Source of the DNA: Candidatus Zipacnadia bacterium
Lineage (GTDB): Bacteria > Armatimonadota > Zipacnadia > Zipacnadales > UBA5352
Assembly: GCA_029820915.1 (NCBI GenBank)
Contig: JALGUI010000001.1
Location: 1 to 45,699 of the forward strand
Direction of reading: 5' to 3'
DNA length: 45,699 nt
The notes beneath the pieces were generated by a model. The model ran no database searches. It saw nothing but the letters and a program-made list of their open reading frames with translations, and was not told where the DNA came from. Shown here piece by piece: positions 28,302 to 44,878 of this stretch (positions within the stretch are counted from its first letter, which is position 1; the number at the start of each line of letters is the position of its first letter). The position numbers and the translations under genes were made by a program.

Positions 28302-28945
28302 CACTCATCGCTCCCTTGCTCGGCCTGCGCCTGGGCCTTGATCTCCAGCAGGCCGCCACGCGGGCCCGGCACGGAGCCCCTGATAAGCAGCACGTTGCGC
28401 TCGGGGTCAACCTTGACCACCTGCAGGCCCTTGGTGGTGCAGCGCTCGGCGCCCATGTGCCCGGGGCTGCGCTTGCCGCGGAACACGCGCTGGGCGTCCG
28501 TCGCGCCCGCTGACTGTGGCGCGCGGTGCACCTTCGAGCCGTGGCTGGCGGGCCCGCCACGGAAGCCGTAACGCTTCACGGCGCCCGCGAAGCCCCGGCC
28601 CTTGCTGGTGCCGGTGACCTCCACCATCTGCCCCTCCTCGAAGATCGCCACCGTCACCGTACTGCCCGCCGCCGGCGCCTCGTCGCCGCCCACGCCGAAC
28701 TCCCGCAGGTGCCGGTGCGGCTCCACGTTGCGGGACAGATAGTGCCCCAGCATCGGCTGGTTCAGCCGGGCGTGCGCCACCGGCTCGAACCCGAGCTGCA
28801 CCGCCTCGTAGCCGTCGCGCTCCGCAGTCTTGCGCTGGACCACCACGCACGGTCCCGCCACCACGACCGTCACGGGAATCGCCTTCCCGTTCTCATCGTA
28901 GATCCGGGTCATGCCTACCTTCTTGCCCAACAGTCCCGTCGGCAT
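28301..28945 (-). CDS. rplC: 50S ribosomal protein L3
   Basis: MPTGLLGKKVGMTRIYDENGKAIPVTVV...TSKGRGFAG... Confidence 0.95.
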   Translation of the reverse strand: MPTGLLGKKVGMTRIYDENGKAIPVTVVVAGPCVVVQRKTAERDGYEAVQLGFEPVAHARLNQPMLGHYLSRNVEPHRHLREFGVGGDEAPAAGSTVTVAIFEEGQMVEVTGTSKGRGFAGAVKRYGFRGGPASHGSKVHRAPQSAGATDAQRVFRGKRSPGHMGAERCTTKGLQVVKVDPERNVLLIRGSVPGPRGGLLEIKAQAQAEQGSDE

Positions 28946-28976
28946 CGCCGTCACCAACTCAGCGTCGCTTATCGCG

Positions 28977-29303
28977 TTAGGGCGCGTACGTCTTGATCGC
29001 CACGTCAACGCCGCCCGGTAGGTCCAGCTTCATGAGGGCGTCAACCGTGCGGGTCGTCGAATCCACAATGTCGATGAGCCGATGGTGCACGCGCATCTCG
29101 AAGTGCTCCATCGTTCGAGTGGCACGCCCCAGCGCCGTCGGCTTGACCACGCAGTGCACGTGCTTCTTGGTCGGCAGCGGGATCGGCCCGGAGACCTTCG
29201 CGCCCGTGCGCTCGGCCGTCTCCACGATCTTCTGCGCCGACCGGTCGAGCAGCTTGTGGTCGAAGGCCTTCAGCTTGATTCGGATCATGTTGGCCTTGGA
29301 CAT
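28977..29303 (-). CDS. rpsJ: 30S ribosomal protein S10
   Basis: [47 protein letters not shown]...RLIDIV. Confidence 0.94.
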   Translation of the reverse strand: MSKANMIRIKLKAFDHKLLDRSAQKIVETAERTGAKVSGPIPLPTKKHVHCVVKPTALGRATRTMEHFEMRVHHRLIDIVDSTTRTVDALMKLDLPGGVDVAIKTYAP

Positions 29304-29354
29304 TGCCTAGTCCCTCCGGGCCGTGCGGCCCATCGACCTTGCGGGCCCTGTTCC

Positions 29355-31421
29355 TCAGCCCACCATCTCTCGCTGCTGGTCTTCCGGCACCGGCTGGTAC
29401 CGGTCCGGTTCCATCGTGTACGTCGCGCGTCCCTGGGTCAGCGAGCGCAGCGCCGTGGCGTAGCCGAACATGTTCGCCAGCGGCACTCTCAGCTCGATCG
29501 TCCGCGCACCGGCCGATGTGGCCGTGACCTCGACGATCTGCGCTCGCCGCGTGGTCAGGTCGTTCACCACATCGCCGAAGTACTGCTCCGGCGTCACGAC
29601 CTCCGCCGCCATCACCGGCTCCAGCAGAACCGGGGCCCCGGCCCGAAAGGCGTTCTGGAAGGCCCGCGCTGCCGCCACTCTGAAGGCGATGTCCGACGAG
29701 TCGACCTCGTGGAACGACCCGCCCAGCACCGTGCACTCGATCCCGACCACCGGGTATCCCGCCAGCGTGCCCGCCCCCATCGCCTCACGCACCCCCGCCT
29801 CGACGGCCGATCTGAACTCCGGCGGGATCTCATTCCCCTTGCTCTCGTCCTCGTACACCAGCGGCTTCTCGGTGCTGAGCGGCTTGAGCTGCAGGATCAC
29901 GTGACCGTACTGACCCCGCCCACCGGTCTGCTTGACGAAGCGGTCCTCGCCGCGGCCCAGCCTGCTGATCGTCTCGCGGTACGCAACGCGCGGCCGGCCC
30001 ACGTTGCCCTCGACACCGAACTCGCGCTTGAGACGGTCCACACAGACCTCCAGGTGCAGCTCGCCCATCCCGGCGATGAGCTGCTGCCCGGTCTCCCGGT
30101 CGGTGTCCAAGCGCAGCGTCGGGTCCTCCATTGCCAGCCGCTGCAGCGCCGCCCCCAACTTCTCCTCATCCGCCTGCGACCTCGGCTCGATCACCATGGA
30201 GATGACCGGCTCCGGGAAGGTGATCCGCTCCAGCACCACCGGCGCATTCAGCGCGCACAGCGTGTCGCCGGTCGTCGTCTGGTCCAGGCCCACCGCCGCC
30301 ACGATGTCACCGGGGCCGATCTCCTCGATCTCCTCGCGCCGGTTCGCGTGCATGCGCAGCAGCCGGGTGATGCGCTGCTTCTTGCCGTTGTCCGCGTTCA
30401 GCACCCGGTCGCCGGCCTTCGCCGTGCCCGAGTAGCACCTGATGTACGTGATGTGGCCCACGAACGGATCCACCGCCACCTTGAAGGCGAAGGCGCAGAA
30501 CGGCTCCTCCGGGTCCGGCCCCCGCTCCTCGCGCTCGTGGCTCTCCGGGTGCTCGCCCACCACCGCCGGCACATCCAGCGGCGACGGCAGGCAGCGCACG
30601 ATGGCGTCCAGCAGCGGCTGAATGCCCTTGTTCTTGAAGGCCGAGCCGCACAGCACCGGGACCAGTTCGCAGGCGATCGTCGCCTCGCGAATCGTCGCCC
30701 ACATCTCCTCCGGCGTCGGGTCCTCGCCGGCGAAGAACTTCGCCTCCAGGTCCGGGTTGATGTCGGCCAGGCTCACCACGAGATGCTCGCGGAAGGCGTC
30801 AACGAGATCGTGCGCCTTCGGCGGGATCTCCGTCCGCTGCGGCGGCTCGTCCTCATCGTCCGAGAAGATCCAGGCGCACTGCTCGACGAGGTCGATGACG
30901 CCCCGGTGCTTCTCCTCGTTGCCGATCGGGAGCTGCACCGCGACCGCCTCGGCGCCCACGCGCTTGCGCATCTCGTGCAGCACGTCGTGGAAGTCCGCGC
31001 CGATGCGGTCCATCTTGTTCACGAAGGCCAGGCGCGGGACGTTGTACTTGCTCGCCTGGCGCCAGACCGTCTCGGACTGCGGCTGCACTCCCCCGACCGC
31101 GCAGAAGATGATGACCACGCCATCGAGCACGCGCAGCGATCGCTCGACCTCGACCGTGAAGTCAACGTGCCCGGGCGTGTCGATGATGTTGATCCGATGG
31201 TCCCGCCAGATGCACGTCGTGGCCGCCGAGGTGATGGTGATGCCCCGCTCCATCTCCTGCGGCATCCAGTCCATCGTGGCGTCGCCGTCATGGACCTCCC
31301 CCATCCGATGCACCTTGCCCGTGTAGTACAGGATGCGCTCGGTGGTGGTGGTCTTCCCCGCGTCGATGTGCGCGGCGAAGCCGATGTTCCTGGTTGTCCG
31401 GAGCTCCTCTGCGGACGACAC
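29355..31421 (-). CDS. fusA: Elongation factor G (canonical)
   Basis: [51 protein letters not shown] start at 31421. Confidence 0.96.
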   Translation of the reverse strand: MSSAEELRTTRNIGFAAHIDAGKTTTTERILYYTGKVHRMGEVHDGDATMDWMPQEMERGITITSAATTCIWRDHRINIIDTPGHVDFTVEVERSLRVLDGVVIIFCAVGGVQPQSETVWRQASKYNVPRLAFVNKMDRIGADFHDVLHEMRKRVGAEAVAVQLPIGNEEKHRGVIDLVEQCAWIFSDDEDEPPQRTEIPPKAHDLVDAFREHLVVSLADINPDLEAKFFAGEDPTPEEMWATIREATIACELVPVLCGSAFKNKGIQPLLDAIVRCLPSPLDVPAVVGEHPESHEREERGPDPEEPFCAFAFKVAVDPFVGHITYIRCYSGTAKAGDRVLNADNGKKQRITRLLRMHANRREEIEEIGPGDIVAAVGLDQTTTGDTLCALNAPVVLERITFPEPVISMVIEPRSQADEEKLGAALQRLAMEDPTLRLDTDRETGQQLIAGMGELHLEVCVDRLKREFGVEGNVGRPRVAYRETISRLGRGEDRFVKQTGGRGQYGHVILQLKPLSTEKPLVYEDESKGNEIPPEFRSAVEAGVREAMGAGTLAGYPVVGIECTVLGGSFHEVDSSDIAFRVAAARAFQNAFRAGAPVLLEPVMAAEVVTPEQYFGDVVNDLTTRRAQIVEVTATSAGARTIELRVPLANMFGYATALRSLTQGRATYTMEPDRYQPVPEDQQREMVG

Positions 31422-31520
31422 GCTTGTTCACCCGGGTGCCCGACGACAATCCATGTGGTCGGCATGATGGCGGTCTGGCGGCACGACAAGGCCGGGCCAA
31501 GCTGCGACCCGGCGCCTCCA

Positions 31521-31991
31521 CTACCAGCGATAGTGCGCGTACGCCTTGTTGGCCTCGGCCATGCGGTGCATCTCCTCGCGCCTGCGCACCGAGGCCCCCT
31601 CCCGGTTGGACGCCTCCATGATCTCGCCCGCGAAGCGTTCGACCATGGTGCGCTCCGCGCGAGCGCGGGCGGCGGCGACTATCCAGCGGACGGCCAGCGT
31701 GAGTCCCCGCCGCGTCGCCACCTCCACCGGAACCTGGTACGTGGCCCCGCCCACCCGGCGCGGCCGCACCTCCAGCGTCGGCATGACGTTGCGCAGGGCG
31801 TTGCGCAGCACCACCAGCGGATTCTCCCCGCTGCTCTCGCCGGCGAGCTGCATGGCGCCGTAGAAGATCCTCTCAGCCGCGGTCCGGTTGCCGCCCTGCA
31901 GAATCTTGTTGATGAACTGAGTCACCAGCCGGCTGCCGAAGACCTCGTCCGGCTTGAGTTGCCGCTTCTGCGCGGGGCCCTTCCTGGGCAA
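31521..31991 (-). CDS. rpsG: 30S ribosomal protein S7
   Basis: [31 protein letters not shown]...[13 protein letters not shown]. Confidence 0.96.
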   Translation of the reverse strand: MPRKGPAQKRQLKPDEVFGSRLVTQFINKILQGGNRTAAERIFYGAMQLAGESSGENPLVVLRNALRNVMPTLEVRPRRVGGATYQVPVEVATRRGLTLAVRWIVAAARARAERTMVERFAGEIMEASNREGASVRRREEMHRMAEANKAYAHYRW

Positions 31992-32051
31992 TCCGATGCA
32001 CCTCTCTCACGGCCTGTGCGCCGCCCTCGTCACCGCGGCGGCCAACAGGGA

Positions 32052-32465
32052 CTACTTCGGCCGCTTGGTCCCGTACTTGGAGCGCGACCGGCGGCGGTCC
32101 TCAACCCCGGACACGTCGAACGTGCCGCGCACGATGTGGTACTTCACGGAGTTGAGGTCCTTCACCCGGCCGCCCCTGACCAGCACGATGCTGTGAGGCG
32201 CCACGTTGTGCCCCTCACCCGGGATGTACGCCGTGACCTCCTGCCGGTTGAACAGGCGGACGCGGCACACCTTGCGCAGGGCCGAGTTCGGCTTCTTCGG
32301 GGTCTGCGCCCACACTCTGGTCACCACGCCGCGCCGCTGCGGCGCGCCGTCAACGCGCGTGGACCTGTGCCTGATGGCGTTCCAGCTGAACTTCAGCGCG
32401 GGCGCCCTGACCTTCTTCTCCTTCTTCCGCCGGCCCTTACGCACGAGCTGGTTGATTGTCGGCAT
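32052..32465 (-). CDS. rpsL: 30S ribosomal protein S12 (with a ~14-aa insertion after PAL)
   Basis: [14 protein letters not shown]...[12 protein letters not shown]...GGRVKDL...SKYGTKRPK. The ATG at 32465 follows AAGGGGAGA. Confidence 0.96.
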   Translation of the reverse strand: MPTINQLVRKGRRKKEKKVRAPALKFSWNAIRHRSTRVDGAPQRRGVVTRVWAQTPKKPNSALRKVCRVRLFNRQEVTAYIPGEGHNVAPHSIVLVRGGRVKDLNSVKYHIVRGTFDVSGVEDRRRSRSKYGTKRPK

Positions 32466-32791
32466 CGTGTCTCCCCTTCGCTTCACTGCTTCGTCGCCGC
32501 GACCGCGCCGGGAACCCGAATGACAAGGACGCAAAATGCCCCTCGCACAGGAGGAGCCATCGAAGAGTCTCGCCGATTTCGGCGCCCGCTATGGTCGGCG
32601 GGCACCGTGGGTTCGGAGAAATCCTTGCTGTGGCGTGCGCCCCTTTGCCAGTTCGGCCGCTCACGAGTGCGTCGCAAGTCGGCCCCGAGTTTTGCCAGCC
32701 CCACCTGCCACGTCAAGCCGCCTCGGGCAGTTCGCAGCCGCGGTTCCCTGGCTACTCTGGTGCGACCCGCTTGCCCGTGCAGCGAGGAGTC

Positions 32792-32820
32792 ATTATACCG
32801 GCGCCCCCAAGGCGAGTCAA
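32792..32820 (-). promoter_or_regulatory. Consensus-grade promoter, TTGACT-17-TATAAT, for the str/S10/spc super-operon
   Basis: On the minus strand the -35 is at 32820-32815 and the -10 at 32797-32792, with an exact 17-nt spacer. It lies ~320 nt upstream of rpsL. Confidence 0.65.
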
Positions 32821-32882
32821 GACGATTTCAGCCGATTCGCGATATTCCTCCGTCCCCGGGCCTCACGTGCAGTTCCGCAGCG

Positions 32883-33169
32883 TCAGAGGCCCAGGTCGCG
32901 ATAGGTTCGCTCGTCTCCCAGGCCGGTGAAGAGGATAGAGACTACGCGTCTCGTTTCGTCAACTGAGTAGACGATCCGGCAGCGCCCGTGCCGTATCGGT
33001 AGTAGATGTTGCCCGACAGCTTGCGGATGCGCTTCGAGCAAGAGTATGGCGTCTCAGCCAGAATGGCCAAGCCCTGGCTGGCCTGCCTGAGTAGGGGTTG
33101 CTGCCCGCCGTGCTCGCGTCTGAGCGCCGCCAGGATGTCGGCCGGATCGGGTGTGATCTCGCAGCTCAT
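32883..33169 (-). pseudogene. RelE/ParE-family toxin gene disrupted by a 1-nt frameshift near 32980-32990
   Basis: The frame from ATG 33169 reads MSCEITPDPADILAALRREHGGQQPLLRQASQGLAILAETPYSCSKRIRKLSGNIYYRYGTG. The family-typical C-terminus, CRIVYSVDETRRVVSILFTGLGDERTYRDLGL, continues in another frame to the TGA at 32885-32883. Confidence 0.6.
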
Positions 33170-33321
33170 CCGTCCTGTCGCGGCGGCCGGACGATATGCT
33201 CGCGGATCACCTGGTCCCAGTCGACGTCCTCGCCTGCCCGCGCACGCTCGTGGGCCTCTTGCGCGGCCCGCACGTGTCCCATGAACTCCTCCTCCCCAAG
33301 CGTCCCATCATCGCTCAGCAT
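33166..33321 (-). CDS. Small antitoxin-like ORF (51 aa, or 38 aa from ATG 33282), translationally coupled to the toxin remnant
   Basis: MLSDDGTLGEEEFMGHVRAAQEAHERARAGEDVDWDQVIREHIVRPPRQDG. Its stop overlaps the toxin ATG (ATGA). A strong GGGGAGGAGGAG sits before the internal ATG at 33282. An upstream in-frame stop at 33400-33402 suggests the gene itself is truncated. Confidence 0.4.
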   Translation of the reverse strand: MLSDDGTLGEEEFMGHVRAAQEAHERARAGEDVDWDQVIREHIVRPPRQDG

Positions 33322-33596
33322 GTTCGAACTGGTGATGGGACGCTGCGGAAGTTCGCAGAAGAAGTCGGCCGCGATCTGCCCTCGTGGCGTGACCCCACCT
33401 CAGACGCCGGTCACGAAGGCCACGCGGTACTCGGTCGCCTCGAGATAGTGAAACTCAAGTTCCCTCTGATCACCCCTGCGCTAGGCTCCCACAGCGATCA
33501 TCGCTATATCCGTACCGACTACTGCAAGACTTCAACCATGAGGCCCAGGACGCCTCGGACCAGGGCATCGTGACTGCGCAGACATCTGCCCCCCCC

Positions 33597-38240
<4,644 letters not shown>

Positions 38241-38333
38241 GTTCGATCGCCTCCTGTATGCTTGTGCAGCCGCGGATGTTGCCACCCGCCGGCTCATCGC
38301 CGGTTGCGTCCCCGGCTCCCGGCGGCCGGCCTG

Positions 38334-42140
<3,807 letters not shown>

Positions 42141-42325
42141 ACCCAAAGGCCTCCTCGCAGCCGCCAGAACGGGAGGGGCACCGTGCGTACACGCTCACAG
42201 CGGCGTGCGCACGGCACTGGCGCACTCCGCACTTAGTGAGGGAGGTTGGCGCGAACACACGATGCTATGGGATTAGCACCCGTAAGATGACAGCGGCGTC
42301 GATTGACGCAGGGCTCGGATGTTTC

Positions 42326-42354
42326 AGTTTACTCCAACTCCCCATCACTGTCAA
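42326..42354 (-). promoter_or_regulatory. Candidate rpoBC promoter, TTGACA-17-TAAACT
   Basis: On the minus strand the -35 is at 42354-42349 and the -10 at 42331-42326, with a 17-nt spacer. It lies ~180 nt upstream of rpoB and 28 nt outside the IS end. Confidence 0.55.
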
Positions 42355-42426
42355 GGCCTGATTCGACAATGTCAACCCAAAGTAGAAATGTCCGGTTCTG
42401 AGCAAGTTAGAAATGTCCGGTTGTAG

Positions 42427-42467
42427 GTGCCGTTGTCGTCATGGTCGTTGCCGTTGTGGTCGTTGCC
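42427..42467. repeat. Reverse-orientation copy of the GGCAACGA(C/A)-type short repeat family seen 3' of the tRNA-Ser genes
   Basis: The reverse complement reads GGCAACGACCACAACGGCAACGACCATGACGACAACGGCACC. Compare 44024-44077, which ends ...GGCAACGACGGTGACGGCACC. Confidence 0.6.
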
Positions 42468-42591
42468 CTGCGCCCCCCGAGGGGGGCGGCGCCCGGCTCA
42501 GGGCGTGATCGGCCCGTCGGGCATGCCCTGGTAGCCGCGCCGCCAGGGATGGTCGGCGGCGGGGATGACTACGGTCGGTTCGCGTCGGGCC

Positions 42592-43776
42592 TTATGCGTC
42601 GATCGGCTCCGCGGCGGCCTGGGGCTGCGGCGGCGGCAGCGCGGTCACGGTCAGGTAGCGATCGCGCAAGCGCACGTGCACCGAGCCGTCCAGGCGCCGC
42701 TCGACGATGACCTTGCCGCCGCGCAGGCCGGCCACCACGCTGTCTCGGGCGATCTGATAGTGGGTGCTATCGTAGCTGATGGTGTAGTCGTTGGTTACGG
42801 TGCGGGTCTCCTGGTGGCTGAGGATGGCGTCCAGGTCGAGCCCGTCGGGGGAGCGATGGGCGTCGTGCGTGCGTGCGGGTGGGCGCGCGAAGTCGTGGTT
42901 GTAGGCGGGCAGGAAGCGCTCCTCGAGGAAACGGTTGGCGCTGTCGATGTCGCTGATGCCCTGCAAGCGCAGCTCTTTGACCAGGCGGTCCTGGAGGGTG
43001 CCGAAGCTGCGCTCGACACGCCCCTTGGCCTGGGGCGAGTAGGCCGGGATGTATTCGATGCCCAACTCCCGCAGAGCCCGTCTCACCTGGGTTTCGGCCT
43101 GCACGCCCTGCAGTTGCTCCTCGATGGTGGCCGGGCGGTTGACCTGGTAGATGCTGTGGCGGTCGGCGTAGAGGCTGAGCGGACGGCCGAAGCTGGCGAT
43201 GTAGTCGCGCAGCAGGGCCATGACCGCCTCGGAGGTCTCGGCGGGCGCGAAGCGGGCGAAGATCCGGCTGGTGGCGTCATCGACGGTGCTTATGAGCACC
43301 GGCGCCGGGGCGCGGCCCTCGAACCAGTCGTGGTGAGAGCCGTCGAGCTGGCCCATCTCGCCGAAGCAGTCCTTGCGCTCGCGCCGGGCCCGGTGGGTCA
43401 TCTTGCGCGGCTTGGGCCGCCACAGCCCGTCCTCGCTCATCCACTTGCGCAGCGTCTCGGACGAGACGCGGAGGCTGTGACCTTCGGCGAGCTTCTCGGC
43501 GGCGAAGGTGGGGCCAAAGTCGTGATAGCGCTCGCGCACGATCGCGAGGACCTGCTCTCGGAACTCGGGCGGGAGGCGGCGGTTGGAGGGCTGGCCACGG
43601 GAGCGATGTACCAGCCCGGCATCGCCCTGGGCGCGGAAGCGCTGTAGCGAACGCCGGACCTGGCGCTCGGTGATGCCAAGTTGCTCAGCGGCCTGGCGCT
43701 GGGTGAGCCGACCGGCATCAAGGGCGCGAAGTGTGACCAGTCGATCACGCTCTTTGAGGCTCATTGTCAGTTCCAT
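42592..43776 (-). CDS. Transposase, N-terminal HTH plus integrase-core (rve/DDE) domain, ISNCY-like
   Basis: MELTMSLKERDRLVTLRALDAGRLTQRQAAEQLGITERQVRRSLQRFRAQGDAGLVHRSRGQPSNRRL...YSPQAKGRVERSFGTLQDRL. The start is ambiguous (43785, 43776 or 43764). Confidence 0.85.
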   Translation of the reverse strand: MELTMSLKERDRLVTLRALDAGRLTQRQAAEQLGITERQVRRSLQRFRAQGDAGLVHRSRGQPSNRRLPPEFREQVLAIVRERYHDFGPTFAAEKLAEGHSLRVSSETLRKWMSEDGLWRPKPRKMTHRARRERKDCFGEMGQLDGSHHDWFEGRAPAPVLISTVDDATSRIFARFAPAETSEAVMALLRDYIASFGRPLSLYADRHSIYQVNRPATIEEQLQGVQAETQVRRALRELGIEYIPAYSPQAKGRVERSFGTLQDRLVKELRLQGISDIDSANRFLEERFLPAYNHDFARPPARTHDAHRSPDGLDLDAILSHQETRTVTNDYTISYDSTHYQIARDSVVAGLRGGKVIVERRLDGSVHVRLRDRYLTVTALPPPQPQAAAEPIDA

Positions 43777-43881
43777 GCCTCCCATTTCCACGCGCCGCCG
43801 GGCATGCCCGACGCGGGAGGACATTTCTACTTTGCTCAAACCGGACATTATCACGTCGCCGCGACACGGCCTGCGAGCGCC

Positions 43882-43910
43882 TTGTCTTGGGCCGCTCAAT
43901 GTGCTACAAT
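43882..43910 (+). promoter_or_regulatory. Promoter of the tRNA array, TTGTCT-17-(TGc)TACAAT with extended -10
   Basis: The -35 is at 43882-43887, TGC at 43902-43904 and the -10 at 43905-43910. The first tRNA starts at 43929. Confidence 0.6.
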
Positions 43911-43928
43911 ATCACTCTAACTCGGGGC

Positions 43929-44023
43929 GGAGAGGTGGCCGAGCTGGCTGAAGGCGATCGCCTGCTAAGCGATTATGGGGGTACAAGCCTCCATCGCGGG
44001 TTCGAATCCCGCCCTCTCCGCCA
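43929..44023 (+). tRNA. tRNA-Ser (anticodon GCU), class II long variable arm, CCA encoded
   Basis: Hand-folded. Acceptor GGAGAGG/CCTCTCC, anticodon stem ATCGC/GCGAT, loop CTGCTAA, T-loop GCGGG-TTCGAAT-CCCGC. Confidence 0.9.
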
Positions 44024-44077
44024 TACGGCGGTAACGAAGGCAACGAAGGTAACGGCGGCAACGACGGTGACGGCACC
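44024..44077. repeat. Degenerate 9-nt repeats directly 3' of tRNA-Ser(GCU)
   Basis: TACGGCGGTAACGAAGGCAACGAAGGTAACGGCGGCAACGACGGTGACGGCACC. Confidence 0.7.
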
Positions 44078-44096
44078 AGAACCGCCGCTGCTGTGC

Positions 44097-44172
44097 GCGC
44101 CCGTAGCTCAGTGGATAGAGCGCTGGCCTCCGGAGCCAGGTGTCGCGCGTTCGAATCGCGCCGGGCGTGCCA
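44097..44172 (+). tRNA. tRNA-Arg (anticodon CCG), CCA encoded
   Basis: Acceptor GCGCCCG/CGGGCGT, anticodon stem CTGGC/GCCAG, loop CTCCGGA, T arm GCGCG-TTCGAAT-CGCGC. Confidence 0.9.
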
Positions 44173-44258
44173 TGACGATCCGCACCGCCGGCGAAGTCCG
44201 GCGAGTTGACATACGTGCAGGCGCCGCCCAGCGACGGTCGGCGCCGAGCGCACGACGC

Positions 44259-44334
44259 GCGCCGGTAGCTCAGGGGATAGAGCGCCGCCCTGCGGAGGCG
44301 GAGGTCCCGCGTTCAAATCGCGGCCGGCGTGCCA
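44259..44334 (+). tRNA. tRNA-Arg (anticodon GCG), CCA encoded
   Basis: Acceptor GCGCCGG/CCGGCGT, anticodon stem CCGCC/GGCGG, loop CTGCGGA, T arm CCGCG-TTCAAAT-CGCGG. Confidence 0.85.
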
Positions 44335-44417
44335 CAGTCTTCTCGACGGCTCCGCGCGGCCCGCGGAGCCGTTCCAGCGATAGATGGAGACGCGGGCGGC
44401 TGACCGCCCGCCCACGC

Positions 44418-44494
44418 GCCCCCGTAGCTCAGGTGGATAGAGCAGCAACCTCCTAAGTTGAAGGTCGCCCGTTCGACTCGGGCCGGGGGCGCCA
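44418..44494 (+). tRNA. tRNA-Arg (anticodon CCU), CCA encoded
   Basis: Acceptor GCCCCCG/CGGGGGC, anticodon loop CTCCTAA, T arm GCCCG-TTCGACT-CGGGC. Confidence 0.88.
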
Positions 44495-44580
44495 GCACCA
44501 GAGGTGGCGGGCCACGCGCCGTGCGACGGCGCCCTGCCCGATGACGATTCTCCGCCCGCGCGGCGGGACGCAGCCTGGGC

Positions 44581-44672
44581 GGTGAGGTGGCAGAGTCCGG
44601 TTGATCGCGCACGCCTCGAAAGCGTGTAGGCCCTCGCGGGTCTCGTGGGTTCGAATCCCACCCTCACCGCCA
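44581..44672 (+). tRNA. tRNA-Ser (anticodon CGA), class II, CCA encoded
   Basis: Acceptor GGTGAGG/CCTCACC, anticodon stem CACGC/GCGTG, loop CTCGAAA, T arm GTGGG-TTCGAAT-CCCAC. Confidence 0.9.
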
Positions 44673-44680
44673 TACGGCGG

Positions 44681-44878
44681 CGACGAAGGCAACGAAGGGA
44701 ACGAAGGCAACGAAGGCAACGAAGGCAACGAAGGGAACGAAGGCAACGAAGGCAACGAAGGCAACGAAGGCAACGAAGGCAACGAAGGCAACGAAGGCAA
44801 CGAAGGCAACGAAGGGAACGAAGGCAACGAAGGCAACGAAGGCAACGAAGGCAACGAAGGGAACGAAGGCAACGACGC
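44681..44878. repeat. 9-bp minisatellite, 22 tandem units (consensus CAACGAAGG)
   Basis: Counted unit by unit: 16 x CAACGAAGG, 4 x GAACGAAGG (units 3, 7, 16 and 21) and two variant end units. It begins 9 nt after the CCA of tRNA-Ser(CGA). Confidence 0.97.

Larger units (their letters stand above)
42382..43854 (-). mobile_element. Insertion sequence (~1.47 kb) with ~36-bp imperfect terminal inverted repeats
   Basis: IRL 42382-42418 (GTAGAAATGTCCGGTTCTGAGCAAGTTAGAAATGTCC) matches the reverse complement of IRR 43819-43854 (GTGATAATGTCCGGTT-TGAGCAAAGTAGAAATGTCC). A single transposase ORF lies inside. No target-site duplication is evident. Confidence 0.75.

Noticed and set aside
29304-29354. Absence of tuf between fusA and rpsJ.
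   Set aside because: EF-Tu is encoded elsewhere (for example next to secE-nusG) in many bacteria, so this alone is not informative.
29082-32966. 1294-aa plus-strand ORF. Similar giant ORFs occur at 35793-40118, 11673-13571, 40278-42236 and 16369-17964.
   Set aside because: They are antisense to unmistakable fusA, rpsG, rpsL, rpoB, rpoC, rpoA and secY genes. Their Arg/Ala/Pro/His-rich composition is typical of stop-poor antisense frames in high-GC DNA.
38241-38297. ATG at 38297 as the rpoC start, and TTG at 42146 as the rpoB start.
   Set aside because: Neither has a usable SD at the right spacing. The downstream TTG 38240 (AGGAGG-N9) and ATG 42140 (GAGGAGG-N9) give N-termini of canonical length. 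This is a judgement call, not proven.
42471-42488. Perfect GC palindrome cgcccccc-ga-ggggggcg as a transposase terminator.
   Set aside because: It has a 2-nt loop and no U-tract on either strand. I kept it only as an observation inside the IS finding.
44681-44878. Possible CRISPR array.
   Set aside because: The units are 9 bp, directly abutting, with no spacers and no palindromic repeat. No cas genes are in the window.
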